A stretch of DNA of 64,000 bases from an uncultured bacterium (GCA_963735925.1 CAVTMT010000005.1:59402-123401); one strand, 5' to 3'. Counted from the first letter of the stretch, positions 9,477 to 19,920 are shown. Notes: generated by a model from the sequence alone, not told the origin. Numbers and translations are program-made.

Positions 9477-10949
9477 ATGAATGCACCCCGGCACGCGGAA
9501 CGTTCACGGCTGGCTACGGTCGGGCTCCTGCTGATATCGCTCCTTGCCGGCGGCCTGTTCACGCCGTCGGCCCAGGCAGCGAACGCTGGAACCGAAACCC
9601 TCCCCGCGATCCCCGCCGAACTGCAATACCACCGCGTCGAACTGCCTTCCGAAGACAACGCCGTCATCGACTGGCTCAAAGCGGTGCCGCTCCGCCAGCC
9701 CCTGTCCGAGCCGGCGAAGACACGAGTCCGCGTCGCGTGGACGCCGGGTGCGCGGCCGTTGCCGCCGGAAGACTGGGCGCCGGTCGAGGCCTGGCTGCGG
9801 GCGAATGCCGAGGCCTTGCGCCTGATCGAAGACAGCCTGCGCAGGAAGCAGGCGCAGTGGCCCGTCCGGGGACCCGATGAGGTGCAGCCTGAACTCCTTC
9901 TTCTGCCTGAATTGGCGAAGGCGCGCCTGGCCCAGGCTGACGTGTTCGCGCGCACCGGCCAACCCGCGAAAGCCGTCGATTCGTTGTTGGGCACGCTGCG
10001 GTTGGGCCAACTGGCCGCCAGCGGTGGCGGGGCGCTGATTCATTACCTCGTGGGCTCGGCGATCCGCAGCCTGGCCCTGCAAGGCATGCAACGGCTGGCT
10101 GGCGAACGCGACGTCCCCGCGGCCGAGTTGCGCCGACTGCTGGACGGCCTGCCGTCGCTCGACGACGAACCCGACACGTACACCCAGACGATTCGAGTCG
10201 AATTCACGGATTACATCGTGAAAGCCATCGACCCGGACAAGTTTGCCCGGGACTGGACGGAGGCGTACCGAAAGAATCCGAACATCATGGCGCTCCTGGT
10301 ACCGGAGGAAATGCAACGCGCCTTCCCGATCTTCCTCACACCCGCGTTGGTCGCCGGGCATCCCCATGCATACGATCATGCCGCCGCCGTGCGCCGGGCC
10401 ATCCCGCACTTCCAACGGTTTCTCCGGAACGCCCGGGCCACGTGGAAGGCGCAGGAAAGCGATCCGGACGATCAAGCCGAGACGATGCACCGGTTCCTGG
10501 AAGCCGCGGAGCCGGTGTTGGAGCCGGTGAAAGGCGAGCCGTTGCCGTTGAGCCGGGCCGCCGCCGACCGGATTCGTGAGGCCTACAACGCTTTCGACAA
10601 TCCGCTCGGTCGCCTTCTGGAAGCCAAGCCGGACTTCATCGATTTGTCCGCCCGCCGCGTCTTCCAAGCACGCGTCGAGCACGAAGCGACGCGGGCCATC
10701 CTCGCCTTGCGCATTCACCAACTCCAACGCGGCGCGTTGCCGGTGCGACTTGAGGAACTTGTCGAACTGAAGCTGCTCCCGGCGCCGCCGCCCGATGGCT
10801 TCAGCGGCGGAAGCCTTCATTACGACCGTGCCCGTAAACGACTCTGGAGCGTCGGTGCCGACGGGGAGGACGATGGCGGCGAATCTCCGGCCGAGGGCCG
10901 CTGGCAGCAAGACGACGCGGTCTGGCTGCTGTCCTTCGAAAATCCCTGA
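9477..10949 (+). CDS. Secreted helical hypothetical protein
   Basis: Signal peptide ending AQA. C-terminal LPVRLEELV...DGFSGGSLHY...LWSVGADGEDDGG resembles a pilin/GspG-like tail. Confidence 0.65.
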   Translation: MNAPRHAERSRLATVGLLLISLLAGGLFTPSAQAANAGTETLPAIPAELQYHRVELPSEDNAVIDWLKAVPLRQPLSEPAKTRVRVAWTPGARPLPPEDWAPVEAWLRANAEALRLIEDSLRRKQAQWPVRGPDEVQPELLLLPELAKARLAQADVFARTGQPAKAVDSLLGTLRLGQLAASGGGALIHYLVGSAIRSLALQGMQRLAGERDVPAAELRRLLDGLPSLDDEPDTYTQTIRVEFTDYIVKAIDPDKFARDWTEAYRKNPNIMALLVPEEMQRAFPIFLTPALVAGHPHAYDHAAAVRRAIPHFQRFLRNARATWKAQESDPDDQAETMHRFLEAAEPVLEPVKGEPLPLSRAAADRIREAYNAFDNPLGRLLEAKPDFIDLSARRVFQARVEHEATRAILALRIHQLQRGALPVRLEELVELKLLPAPPPDGFSGGSLHYDRARKRLWSVGADGEDDGGESPAEGRWQQDDAVWLLSFENP

Positions 10950-10977
10950 GCCGGACGCGCGAGTCCTCCCGGCCCGG

Positions 10978-11634
10978 TCAGAGATCTAGGGGCCGGTAGG
11001 CTGCGCGCAGCGTCGGTTTGCCGGCGGCGAGGAACTCCACTTCGAAGTCGGTCACGACCGCCGCCAGTTCCGGAGGTGTCTCCCAAGCTGCAAAGCCCGC
11101 GTCGGCACCGAACACTGCCTGCATCTGCGCGAAGTAATCGGCGTCGTCGGTCCGGAGATAGACCGACCCGTGCGGCGCCAACGCGGCGTGGGCGAGGCGG
11201 ACGAATTCTGCATTCACGAGCCGGCGACTGCGATGCCGCTTCTTCGGCCACGGATCGGGGAAATAGATGTGAAAAACATGAACCGACCCCTTTGGAGTGA
11301 GGTACCGCAGCCAATACGCGGCGTCGATGCGCAGTCCACGCAGGTTGGTGAGTCCGAGTCGCGGTGCCTTACGCTCGAGTTTGCGGATGCGGCCGAGGAG
11401 TCGCTCGATCCCCAGAAAATTCCGCTCCGGGTGCAACCGGGCGTAACGCATCAGAAAACCGCCATCGCCGCTGCCCAGTTCCACTTCGGTCGGCGCCGGG
11501 CGCTCGAACACGACCCCAAGGTCGAGCGGCTCGAGGATCGAATCGAGCCGCAGCAGCACGTTTGCGGGCGGCGGCTGCGCCTGTCTGGCTGCGGGCGGCG
11601 GGGTGGGCCCGGCGGGTGGCAAAGGTGAATCCAT
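10978..11634 (-). CDS. trmB: tRNA (guanine-N7)-methyltransferase
   Basis: EVELGSGDG, NFLGIE, FPDPWPKKRH, LRTD, TDFE. Confidence 0.93.
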   Translation of the reverse strand: MDSPLPPAGPTPPPAARQAQPPPANVLLRLDSILEPLDLGVVFERPAPTEVELGSGDGGFLMRYARLHPERNFLGIERLLGRIRKLERKAPRLGLTNLRGLRIDAAYWLRYLTPKGSVHVFHIYFPDPWPKKRHRSRRLVNAEFVRLAHAALAPHGSVYLRTDDADYFAQMQAVFGADAGFAAWETPPELAAVVTDFEVEFLAAGKPTLRAAYRPLDL

Positions 11635-11691
11635 GGCGAGGCCAACGGACGGCGGGTTTCGATCGAGTGCCGCGCGCGGGCCAGACGGGCG

Positions 11692-12888
11692 CTACTTGGA
11701 GAGGAACAGTGCGAGCGACGCGGTGTAGCCGTGGAGGAAATTGCGTTTGCCGACCGGGCCGATCTCGCCGTTGCAGAAAAAGCCGGTCAGGCCGAGCGGT
11801 CCCAGGTGATGTTGGGCCAGGTGCGCGTCGTGGTTCGGGCTGCCGAACAGGCCCTGCCCGCGTCCGTTGCAGACGCAGAGACAGCCGCCGAACACCTGGC
11901 GTCGCGCGACCTGCTTCCGCGCGCGTTGCAGCAATTCCACCAGGTCCTCCGTGGCGGCGGCGGCGTCGCGACACTGGAACTGCAACGATTGCCCCAATCG
12001 AGGACGCGCCCCCACGGCCAGCGCGCCGGACGTGGGGTCGCCGCCCAGCAGGTTGCGGATCAGGAAATCCCCGCGGTGGAATTCCTCCTGATATTCGTTG
12101 ACCACGAAACCCACCATGAGATTGCCCTGCGCGCGGCGCTGCTGTTCTTCCGGGAGTTTGTTGAAGGTTTCGACCAGGACTTTGTAGGCCGGCTGGTTGC
12201 CGATCTGTTGAATGACGTTGCCGTCCACCTTGGTGATGGTCCACGGCTCGCCGATGGGCGTGCAGCCTTGCGAAATGACGGTCGCCAGCTCCACGTCGCC
12301 GCCAAACGAAATCGCCACGCCGCCTTCCTCGAAGACCTCGCCATCCAGGTACAACTGCGTGCGCTGCTCCTTGGCTCGTCCACTGGCGAGACCGCCGGCG
12401 ATCGGGATGGACGGGTACGCTTCGTTCCAGCCGTCCACCCAGTTCTCGCAATCCATGTGAAACGGATCCGCAAAGGCCAGCCAGCCGTTCGATTGCTCCG
12501 GGCCCACGCCGGCTTCGTGGTGCCAGTAGCCGGGGCCGTTGGCTTCTTCGACCTGGGCCTGCGTGAAATGAGTGGTCTTCAGTTCCGCGCCGGGCAGGTG
12601 GTAGAGCCCGAGGACCAGCCCGCCCTTGCCTTCGATCTCCTGGTCGGAGGCGATCAGGCTGGCGCTCGAACAGCCCGCCAGCACGCCCACCCGGCCATGC
12701 ACCTGGACCAATTCGAGGATCGTTTCCGCGTGTTCGAACAGCGGGGGCGAAATGAAGAGCAGGCCGAGCGTGGGTTGCTTTCCGCCCAGGCGCGCGCGCA
12801 AGTCTTCGACCCAAGGCTGCAATGCGCCCTCATCGAAACCTTTATCCCAATACCCGGTCACCGCGTGTTCCGTCACCTGTACTTGCAC
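11692..12888 (-). CDS. FIST-domain signalling protein
   Basis: GGLASG, SQGCTPIG, FLIRNL, CNGRG, GFFCNGEIGP, LHGYTA. Start codon uncertain. Confidence 0.88.
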   Translation of the reverse strand: MQVQVTEHAVTGYWDKGFDEGALQPWVEDLRARLGGKQPTLGLLFISPPLFEHAETILELVQVHGRVGVLAGCSSASLIASDQEIEGKGGLVLGLYHLPGAELKTTHFTQAQVEEANGPGYWHHEAGVGPEQSNGWLAFADPFHMDCENWVDGWNEAYPSIPIAGGLASGRAKEQRTQLYLDGEVFEEGGVAISFGGDVELATVISQGCTPIGEPWTITKVDGNVIQQIGNQPAYKVLVETFNKLPEEQQRRAQGNLMVGFVVNEYQEEFHRGDFLIRNLLGGDPTSGALAVGARPRLGQSLQFQCRDAAAATEDLVELLQRARKQVARRQVFGGCLCVCNGRGQGLFGSPNHDAHLAQHHLGPLGLTGFFCNGEIGPVGKRNFLHGYTASLALFLSK

Positions 12889-12947
12889 AACGCAAAGCTA
12901 TTGACCGGGGCCACAAAAGCAAACCCAACTCCGAGCCGGTTCGCGCC

Positions 12948-14348
12948 TCACGGCGAGCGGAGGCGGTAGAAGCGGGCGGGATAATTCGTCCACTGGGGAT
13001 CGCTGAAATAGGACGAGCCGCCGGCTGAGGGTGTTGGTTCTCACGCGGAGACCAGGTGGGATTGGCCAGGTCCGTGCAGGCTTCCACCACGACGACCAGG
13101 TTGTTGGTTCCCAGGTGATGGTGAAGCCGAACCGATTCGTCCGCACGCCGAAGTTGGCACCGCTGGTCGGTAGCTGCGGGTTCCACAGCACCGTCGGCCG
13201 ACCGCCAAACGTCGCGCCCCAGCCCGTGGTCCCCGGCAAGTAATAGACGGTCGCCTTATTGGCACCGTAAAACACTTCCGAACCAATGCCTGGGGGCGTT
13301 ACCTTGGAAATAGACGCTGCTCAGGCCGGAGCACCGGGAGAACGCACTGCCCCCGATGCTGGTGACGCTGTCGGGGATCGTGACGCTGGTCAGGCTTGGT
13401 GCAGCCATAGAACGCATTGTTCTCCGATGCTGGTGACGCTGTTGCCGATCGTGACGCTGGTCAGGCTGGAGCAGTAAGCGAACGCCCCGTCCCCGATGCT
13501 GGTGACGCTGTTGGGGATCGCGACGCTGGTCAGGCTGGTGCAGTAAGCGAACGCACAGTCGCCCGATGCTGGTGACGCTGTTGGGGATCGTGACGCTGGT
13601 CAGGCTGCGTGCAGCCATTGAACGCATTGTCTCCGATGCTGGTGACGCTGTTGGGGATCGTGACGCTGGTCAGGCTGGTGCAGCTTAAGAACGCACCGTC
13701 CCCGATGCTGGTGACGCTGTTGGGGATCGTGACACTGGTCAGGCTCCGGCATTCAGCGAACGCCGCGTCCCCGATGCTGGTGACGCTGTCGGGGATGGTG
13801 TAGCTCCCGGTCTTGCCCGCCGGGCAGGCGATGAGCGTGGTCTGCCCCTGGTCGAACAAGACCCCAGCCACACTGCTATAGGCGGGGTTGAGTGGCTCCA
13901 CCGTGATCGCCGTCAGGCTGGTGCACCGCCTGAACGCCGCGTCCCCGATGCTGGTGACGCTGTTGGGGATCGTGATGCTGGTCAGGCTGGTGCAGTCATA
14001 GAACGCCGCGTCCCCGATGCTGGTGACGCTGTTGGGGATCGTGACGCTGGTCAGGCTGGTGCAGCCAAGAGAACGCCCAGTCCCCGATGCTGGTGACGCT
14101 GTTGGGGATCGTGACGCTGGTCAGGCTTGGTCGCAGCCAGAGAACGCCTGGTCCCCGATGCTGGTGACCGGCAGGCCATTGATCGTGTCGGGGATGGTCA
14201 CCGCACCGCCGGGACCGGTGTATTGGGTGATGGTGATCGTGCCGTTATTGGTCGTGTAAGTGTAATCTTGGGCTTGCACCGCGGTGATAAGCGCCAGCAC
14301 CAGCAGCCACGGCAGGAGCCGGGCCGCGCCGAGAGGCTTGAGCTTCAT
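12948..14348 (-). pseudogene. Secreted BspA-type leucine-rich-repeat surface protein, multiply frameshifted (probably assembly indels)
   Basis: Signal peptide MKLKPLG...AVQA, then DYTYTTNNGTITIT, repeated [21 protein letters not shown], and C-terminal FSDPQWTNYPARFYRLRSP*. The pieces lie in different frames. Confidence 0.85.
13353..14170 (-). repeat. Coding tandem repeat, ~69-bp LRR units (about 11 TSIG motifs in two blocks)
   Basis: Core ccgatgctggtgacgctgttggggatcgtgacgctggtcaggctg recurs every 69-71 bp. Confidence 0.9.
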
Positions 14349-14606
14349 AGAAGGTTCGGTTGGGAAGGACCGGGCAACGTCGAGGCGAAGCGGCGGTAAG
14401 TCAATGGAAAGCAGGAAAGCGGATGAATTGGGTTCGGATCTACAGCCACGCTTAGCGTTGCCGGCAAGCGTACGCGGCACCGTGAGCGTTGGCCGCGGGC
14501 AGTGGTTGTGGCTCGCCCTGGAGGTTGCCGCACGTCGATCGCTTCTCCCTTCCCCGGGGAGAAATGCCACGGCCCGGGAAAAGCTGCGATCTGTGCCCTT
14601 GAACCT

Positions 14607-14657
14607 GGTAGGGACGCGCTGCCGCGCGTCCGGGCCGACCCGCAGGTCGGCCCTACC
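14607..14657. repeat. GTAG-type REP-like double-hairpin element, copy 1
   Basis: ggtagggacgcgctgccgcgcgtccgggccgacccgcaggtcggccctacc, flanked by gaacct/aggttc. Confidence 0.8.
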
Positions 14658-14747
14658 AGGTTCATGGGTGAAGGGGAACCGAACGTCTCGCAAACCGGCG
14701 GAGCAGCCGATTCCACGGATGGCACGGTAAGCGGACGCGCTGCCGTT

Positions 14748-14798
14748 GGTAGGGACGCGCTGCCGGGCGTCCGGGCCGACCCGCAGGTCGGCCCTACC
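14748..14798. repeat. GTAG-type REP-like double-hairpin element, copy 2
   Basis: One mismatch to copy 1 over 51 bp. Confidence 0.8.
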
Positions 14799-14850
14799 AG
14801 GTTAACCCGCGCGGTTGCCCACCGAAGCATCCGACGCTTAACTGCGCATC

Positions 14851-16446
14851 ATGCAGAACGAAGACAGCCTCGCGCCGCCGCCGACCAACCCGCGCCATCG
14901 CCCCGTTCGGTGGTGGCCGGCTTGGGTTATTCTGGGCCTGCTCGCGGTGGCGGTCGGGATCATCTGGCTGCGCTTTGATCTGCCGTACCAGAGCCGCAAT
15001 CTCGCCACGATGTTCACGCTGGCGATCGGCGGGGCGTTGCTTTGGTTGTGGTGGATGCTCCTTTCGCGCACGCCGTGGCATCAACGCTTGTGGATTGGTG
15101 GCGCGGTCGCGCTCGCGGTAGGATCGGGAGCCGTGCTCTTCCGGATTCGAGGCGTGAGCGGCGATCTGTTGCCGATCTTCGAATTCCGCTGGGCGTCCAG
15201 CGCCGTGCCAGTCGCCCCGCCTGGGGCGGGCACTTCCACGAACGCGCCGGCGAGGACCGCGCCCGCCATCGCCGGTCTGGTGCGACCGGACTTTCCCCAG
15301 TTCCTCGGCCCCACCCGCAATTGCGTCATTGCCGGACCGCGTCTCGATCCGGACTGGTCCGCGCACCCGCCGCAGATTCTCTGGCGCCAGCCGATCGGCG
15401 CGGCCTGGTCCGGTTTTGCCATCGTCGGCGGGCGGGCCCTGACGCAGGAACAACGCGGCGAAGAGGAACTGGTGACGTGCTACGACGTCCTCACCGGCCG
15501 CCAATTGTGGGCGCACGCGGACGCTGCGCATTACCAAACGACCATCGCCGGCGAAGGTCCGCGCTGCACCCCCACAGTGGTGAGTAACCGCGTCTTCACG
15601 CTCGGCGCCACCGGCATTCTGAATTGCCTGGACCTGACGGACGGCCGCTCGCTTTGGAGTCGCCAGCTCACGAACGACGCCGCCTGTTCCATGCCGGGCT
15701 GGGGTTTCGCCGGCTCGCCGCTATGCCTCGACGGCCGGGTGATCGTGAGCGCCGGCGGTCACGATAATCGCTCGCTCCTGGCCTACCGGGCGGACACCGG
15801 CGAAATCGCCTGGACCGGTGGCTCGGCGCCGGCGGGTTACAGTTCGCCGGTGCTGGCCGAACTGGCGGGCGTGCCGCAGATCCTGATGTTCAACCAGCGG
15901 CGGATCACCGCGCACGCACCGGCCACGGGCGCGGTACTGTGGGAATATCCTTGGGGCATCGGCCAACCGCACGTCGCGGTGCCGGTGATCGTGGGTACCA
16001 ATCGCGTGGTGTTCTCCAGCGGCTATGGCGTGGGCGCAGAGTTGCTCGACGTCGCGCCGGCCAGCGACGGTCACCTGGCCGCGACGCGGGTTTGGAAATC
16101 GATCCGCCTCAAGGCCAAGTTCGCCAACTTCATCGCGCGCGGCGGCTATTTGTACGGCTTGGACGACGGTGTGCTGGCGTGCGTGGACCTTCGGGACGGT
16201 TCGCAGAAATGGAAGGAAGGCCGTTATGGCCACGGCCAGATGCTCCTCATCGGCGACCTGCTGCTGCTCACCGCCGAGAACGGCGAGGTGATCCTGTTGC
16301 GTCCGACTCCCGAAGGCCCCAACGAACTCCAGCGGTTCAAAGTCTTCGACGAGAAGACCTGGAACCCGCCCGCGCTGGCCGGCGATTTGTTGCTGGTTCG
16401 CACCGACCAACACGCGGCCTGTGTCCGCCTCGCATTGGCCCCGTGA
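14851..16446 (+). CDS. Membrane-anchored PQQ-binding-like beta-propeller protein
   Basis: Three N-terminal hydrophobic helices, FPQFLGPTRN, LWRQPIGAAWSG, GPRCTP, GYSSP, TWNPPALAG. Confidence 0.85.
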   Translation: MQNEDSLAPPPTNPRHRPVRWWPAWVILGLLAVAVGIIWLRFDLPYQSRNLATMFTLAIGGALLWLWWMLLSRTPWHQRLWIGGAVALAVGSGAVLFRIRGVSGDLLPIFEFRWASSAVPVAPPGAGTSTNAPARTAPAIAGLVRPDFPQFLGPTRNCVIAGPRLDPDWSAHPPQILWRQPIGAAWSGFAIVGGRALTQEQRGEEELVTCYDVLTGRQLWAHADAAHYQTTIAGEGPRCTPTVVSNRVFTLGATGILNCLDLTDGRSLWSRQLTNDAACSMPGWGFAGSPLCLDGRVIVSAGGHDNRSLLAYRADTGEIAWTGGSAPAGYSSPVLAELAGVPQILMFNQRRITAHAPATGAVLWEYPWGIGQPHVAVPVIVGTNRVVFSSGYGVGAELLDVAPASDGHLAATRVWKSIRLKAKFANFIARGGYLYGLDDGVLACVDLRDGSQKWKEGRYGHGQMLLIGDLLLLTAENGEVILLRPTPEGPNELQRFKVFDEKTWNPPALAGDLLLVRTDQHAACVRLALAP

Positions 16447-16526
16447 GGCGGCGCGATACCGCCTCAACCTGGCCGATCTGCAATCCGCCACGAATGCCGC
16501 CTCACGCTACTTGAGCCCTTGAATCC

Positions 16527-16577
16527 GGTAGGGCGGCGCTGCTGCGCCGCCGGGCCGAGCGGCAGCTCGGCCCTACC
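16527..16577. repeat. GTAG-type REP-like double-hairpin element, diverged copy 3
   Basis: ggtagggcggcgctgctgcgccgccgggccgagcggcagctcggccctacc: same length and ends as copies 1-2, with compensatory stem changes. Confidence 0.75.
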
Positions 16578-16627
16578 AGTTCATGGCAGAAAGGGAAATC
16601 TCGTGCCTCCTCGGACGCGTTTCCGGC

Positions 16628-17944
16628 TCACCCGCGAAACGCCCAGCGCAGGATGGTTCCCAGACTCGGCGCCTTGCCTTGCATGAGCAGGCCGATGCGG
16701 AACACCCGCGCCGCCGCGAAGACCGCCAGCCAGGTGAACACGAACATCCCCGCCAGGCCGACCAGCGGTTGCCACAGCGGCACGCCGCCGGGTGTGCTTT
16801 GGCGCAGCAGCATCAGGACGGGCGTGAACGGCGGGACGAACGAGGCCCAGACCGCGAACGAACTGTGCGGTTCCTTGAGCAGCGGGCCCAGCAGGAACAT
16901 GGGCAGCATCACCGGCAGGAGCGCCGGCAGGGCCAGGTTTTGCGCGTCCTTGGCATCGTTGCAGGTCGATCCCAGCGCCGTCGAAATGGCGCCCACCATG
17001 AGGATGGCGAAGATGACGTAGATCAGAAACCACGGGATAAGGCCAAGCGGGAAGAAACCAAACGCGCCCAGTTGCAGCAGCCCGAAGGCGCCGGCACCCA
17101 CGTAAAACGTGGCGCCCGTCAACGCCACGCCCACGCTGCCCAGCAATTTGCCGAGCATCAATTCGAACGGCGTCGCGCAGCCCAGCACGACCTCGGTCAC
17201 CCGCAGCGTCTTTTCCTCCATCACGGCACCCAAGAGCGGCGAGGCGCCCATCATGACCATCATGAACATCATCACCGAGGCGATCACCGGCACCGCCACC
17301 GCTTCGGCCTCGCTGCTGCGCCGGGCCTGTTCCACTTCGCCGGTGCCTTCCTGCGCGGAAACCAACCCCATCGCCTCCGCGCGGGTCCATTCAAACAGAT
17401 TTGTCACGCGCGCCTCGTCGATTCCGGCCTCCGCCAGGCGCAGCCGACGCAATTCGTTGTTCGCGGGCGATTCGAGCCAGCGCCGCAGGTCGTCGAGCGC
17501 CGCCGCCTTGGCGTGATACGTGATCCGCGCGTTTTCGCGGTTCGTGCCGGGATGCAGGATGTCCGGGCCGATTTCCACAAAGGCGTGCAACTCGCCGCGC
17601 CGAACGCGGTCGGAGAGCGCCAGTCGCTGTGCCTGCAAATCGATTTTGTCCGGGGTGACCGCTTCGAACAGATAGGCGGGTTGGAGGTGCTTGCCGGTCT
17701 TCGCGTCCACGGTGTCCTCGCGGTTGCGCTTCTCCGCGGCCTGCGCCAGCGCCGGGGCCAACAGACCGGACCGGTCGAGGACTGCCACGCGCTTGTCGGT
17801 GACATCGACTTCATGGCGGAGCGCCACCATCGCAATGCCGCTCCCGAACATGAGCAGCGGCGCGATCAGCAGGCTGACGAGAAAACCCTTGGTCTTGACC
17901 GAGGCCAGGTATTCGCGTTTGGCGATGCACAAGGCTCTACGCAT
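16628..17944 (-). CDS. ABC-2 type permease (NatB/YhaP-like)
   Basis: IAKREYLASVKTKGF, VMEEKTLRVTEVVL, LMLGKLLG, SFVPPFTPVLM. Confidence 0.88.
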   Translation of the reverse strand: MRRALCIAKREYLASVKTKGFLVSLLIAPLLMFGSGIAMVALRHEVDVTDKRVAVLDRSGLLAPALAQAAEKRNREDTVDAKTGKHLQPAYLFEAVTPDKIDLQAQRLALSDRVRRGELHAFVEIGPDILHPGTNRENARITYHAKAAALDDLRRWLESPANNELRRLRLAEAGIDEARVTNLFEWTRAEAMGLVSAQEGTGEVEQARRSSEAEAVAVPVIASVMMFMMVMMGASPLLGAVMEEKTLRVTEVVLGCATPFELMLGKLLGSVGVALTGATFYVGAGAFGLLQLGAFGFFPLGLIPWFLIYVIFAILMVGAISTALGSTCNDAKDAQNLALPALLPVMLPMFLLGPLLKEPHSSFAVWASFVPPFTPVLMLLRQSTPGGVPLWQPLVGLAGMFVFTWLAVFAAARVFRIGLLMQGKAPSLGTILRWAFRG

Positions 17945-18134
17945 GGTTCGACTGGGCCACGACGGGCGGCGATTCGCAGGCGGGCGTTCGACTCGTCACC
18001 CGTTGGGGAAGCTGCAACCCGACCGGGCAACGAGCGGAGCATGCCCATCGGCAGTTTCGCGGCAAGCGGGAAAGCGTCGGTGGAGGGATGGCATCGTTGA
18101 CTTTCGGGCCTGGTTGCGACAGCCTGCCCATAAT

Positions 18135-18752
18135 ATGCCTAATCCGTCGGCTGCAGAAGAAAGCCGCCCTCGCATCCCTGGTGGTTGTGGCGGCCAGAGC
18201 GAGTCCCGGTCCAACGCGCCCAAACCGGCCGAGACGGTCCGCGGTCGTTGGAATGCCTATGCAGTTGGCGCCGGCCTGGGCGTGCTCAGTTGGATCGTCT
18301 TTGCCGTCGTGGATGACCCGCTGGGGATTTCCACCGCCCTGTCGGCACTGGCCGGGGCCTGCGCGGCGCCGGTGCTGGGCGCGGAGGCGGTGGCCCAGAA
18401 TCCCTATTGGACGAAGAACGCCTTTGCCTGGAACTACGGGACGTTGTTCCTGGTGGGGACGTTCTTGGGAAGCCTGGTCAGCGTCCTCGCCAGCCGAACC
18501 TTCCAGTGGGAAACCGTTCCCGCCACTTGGGCTCGGCGGTTTGGTGGCGGTGCGGGGCGCCGGCTTTTCATGGCCTTTCTGGGCGGCGTGGTGATCATGT
18601 ACGGGGCGCGCATGGCCGGCGGTTGCACCAGCGGACATGGCATCAGCGGATCGCTCCAGCTCGCGCTGAGCAGTTGGATTTTCTTCCTGACCATGTTCGC
18701 TGCGGGCGTGGCCACCGCCGCCCTCCTGTTCCGCACCCGTCCGAAACGCTGA
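18135..18752 (+). CDS. YeeE/YedE family sulfur-compound transporter subunit
   Basis: WNAYAVGAGLG, PLGIST, GARMAGGCTSGHGISG. Confidence 0.85.
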   Translation: MPNPSAAEESRPRIPGGCGGQSESRSNAPKPAETVRGRWNAYAVGAGLGVLSWIVFAVVDDPLGISTALSALAGACAAPVLGAEAVAQNPYWTKNAFAWNYGTLFLVGTFLGSLVSVLASRTFQWETVPATWARRFGGGAGRRLFMAFLGGVVIMYGARMAGGCTSGHGISGSLQLALSSWIFFLTMFAAGVATAALLFRTRPKR

Positions 18753-18770
18753 ACCCCAGTCCCCTCTCCC

Positions 18771-19343
18771 ATGCATTTGCCCATTATTGGTGAAACCGCC
18801 CGGTGGCTCGCGCTGCCGTTTGGCATGATCTTTGGCGTGCTCCTGCATCGCGGGGGCGTGGCCGACTACAACGTCATCGTGAACCAGTTTCGGCTTCGCG
18901 ATTTCACCGTCCTCAAGGTGATGTTCACCGCGATCATTGTGGGTGGTTTGGGCGTGCTGGCGCTGCACGCCGCCGGCCACGCGGCGTACCACGTGAAGCC
19001 CACGAACCTGCTCGGCGTGGTGCTCGGCGCGGCGCTCTTTGGGGTGGGGATGGTGCTCTACGGCTATTGCCCCGGCACGGGTATCGCCGCCATGGCCACC
19101 GGCAGCCTGCACGCAGTCGTGGGGGTGCTCGGCATGCTGCTGGGGGGCGTTTTGTACGCCTTGAGCTTTTCCTGGGTCGAAGCGCACATCCTCAAGGTCG
19201 CCGCCTTCGGCACGGTTCGATTGCCCGACGTGACGGGGGTGCCGGATGTCGTATGGTTTGGCCTGCTCATCGCCATTGCGACCGGCGTCTTCTGGTGGCT
19301 CGAGACCCGGTTCAAGCCCCGCCCCGAAACCGGGGCTCGTTGA
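18771..19343 (+). CDS. YeeE/YedE family sulfur-compound transporter subunit
   Basis: FGVLLHRGGV, FRLRDFTVLKVM, FGVGMVLYGYCPGT. Confidence 0.85.
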   Translation: MHLPIIGETARWLALPFGMIFGVLLHRGGVADYNVIVNQFRLRDFTVLKVMFTAIIVGGLGVLALHAAGHAAYHVKPTNLLGVVLGAALFGVGMVLYGYCPGTGIAAMATGSLHAVVGVLGMLLGGVLYALSFSWVEAHILKVAAFGTVRLPDVTGVPDVVWFGLLIAIATGVFWWLETRFKPRPETGAR

Positions 19344-19459
19344 TCGGCGGATCGGCGGATCGGCTCCCAGCCCCCGCGCCGATCCCCGCAGCGAAATCCC
19401 GCCCGCCCGCTTGCACGGTCAAGCTTATGGTTTACATTCGAACCGCAAACACAGCGGTT

Positions 19460-19837
19460 ATGACTATGAAAACCAAAACCATGAGATTATGCGGGGTGTC
19501 GCTGGCCGCGGCCGTTCTGCTCGGCCTGGCGACCCCGGTCCTGACGGCCCGGGCGGCGGAAACCAAGAGCATCAAGGGAGAAGTGGTGGACCTGATGTGC
19601 TACCTGGATCACGGCGCCAAGGGCGAGAAGCACGCTTCCTGCGCGAAGACCTGCATTGAGTCGGGCGGGCCCGTGGGAATCCTCACCGAGGACAACCAGC
19701 TCTATCTGGTCATCGGCGAGCACAAGCCCTTGAACGACAAGCTGGCTCCGCTCGCGGCCAAGACCGTGTCCTTGAAGGGCAAGGTCGTCGAACGCAACGG
19801 CATGAAGATGATCGAAAACGCCGAGATCGAAAAGTAG
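19460..19837 (+). CDS. Small secreted protein with Cys/His cluster
   Basis: Signal peptide followed by GEVVDLMCYLDHGAKGEKHASCAKTCIESGGPVG. Confidence 0.75.
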   Translation: MTMKTKTMRLCGVSLAAAVLLGLATPVLTARAAETKSIKGEVVDLMCYLDHGAKGEKHASCAKTCIESGGPVGILTEDNQLYLVIGEHKPLNDKLAPLAAKTVSLKGKVVERNGMKMIENAEIEK

Positions 19838-19920
19838 TCCGTGAACGCGGCATGCCCGCCCGCCAGGCATTTACCCGGCGGGCGGTGTCGCTTGCGGGTG
19901 TCGTTCCGTTTTCGCGGAGG

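Noticed and set aside
13353-14170. CRISPR-like array (constant ~45 bp plus variable ~24 bp)
   Set aside because: The period is 23 codons, the 'spacers' resemble each other and encode AFxxC, the array lies within an LRR gene, and no cas genes are present.
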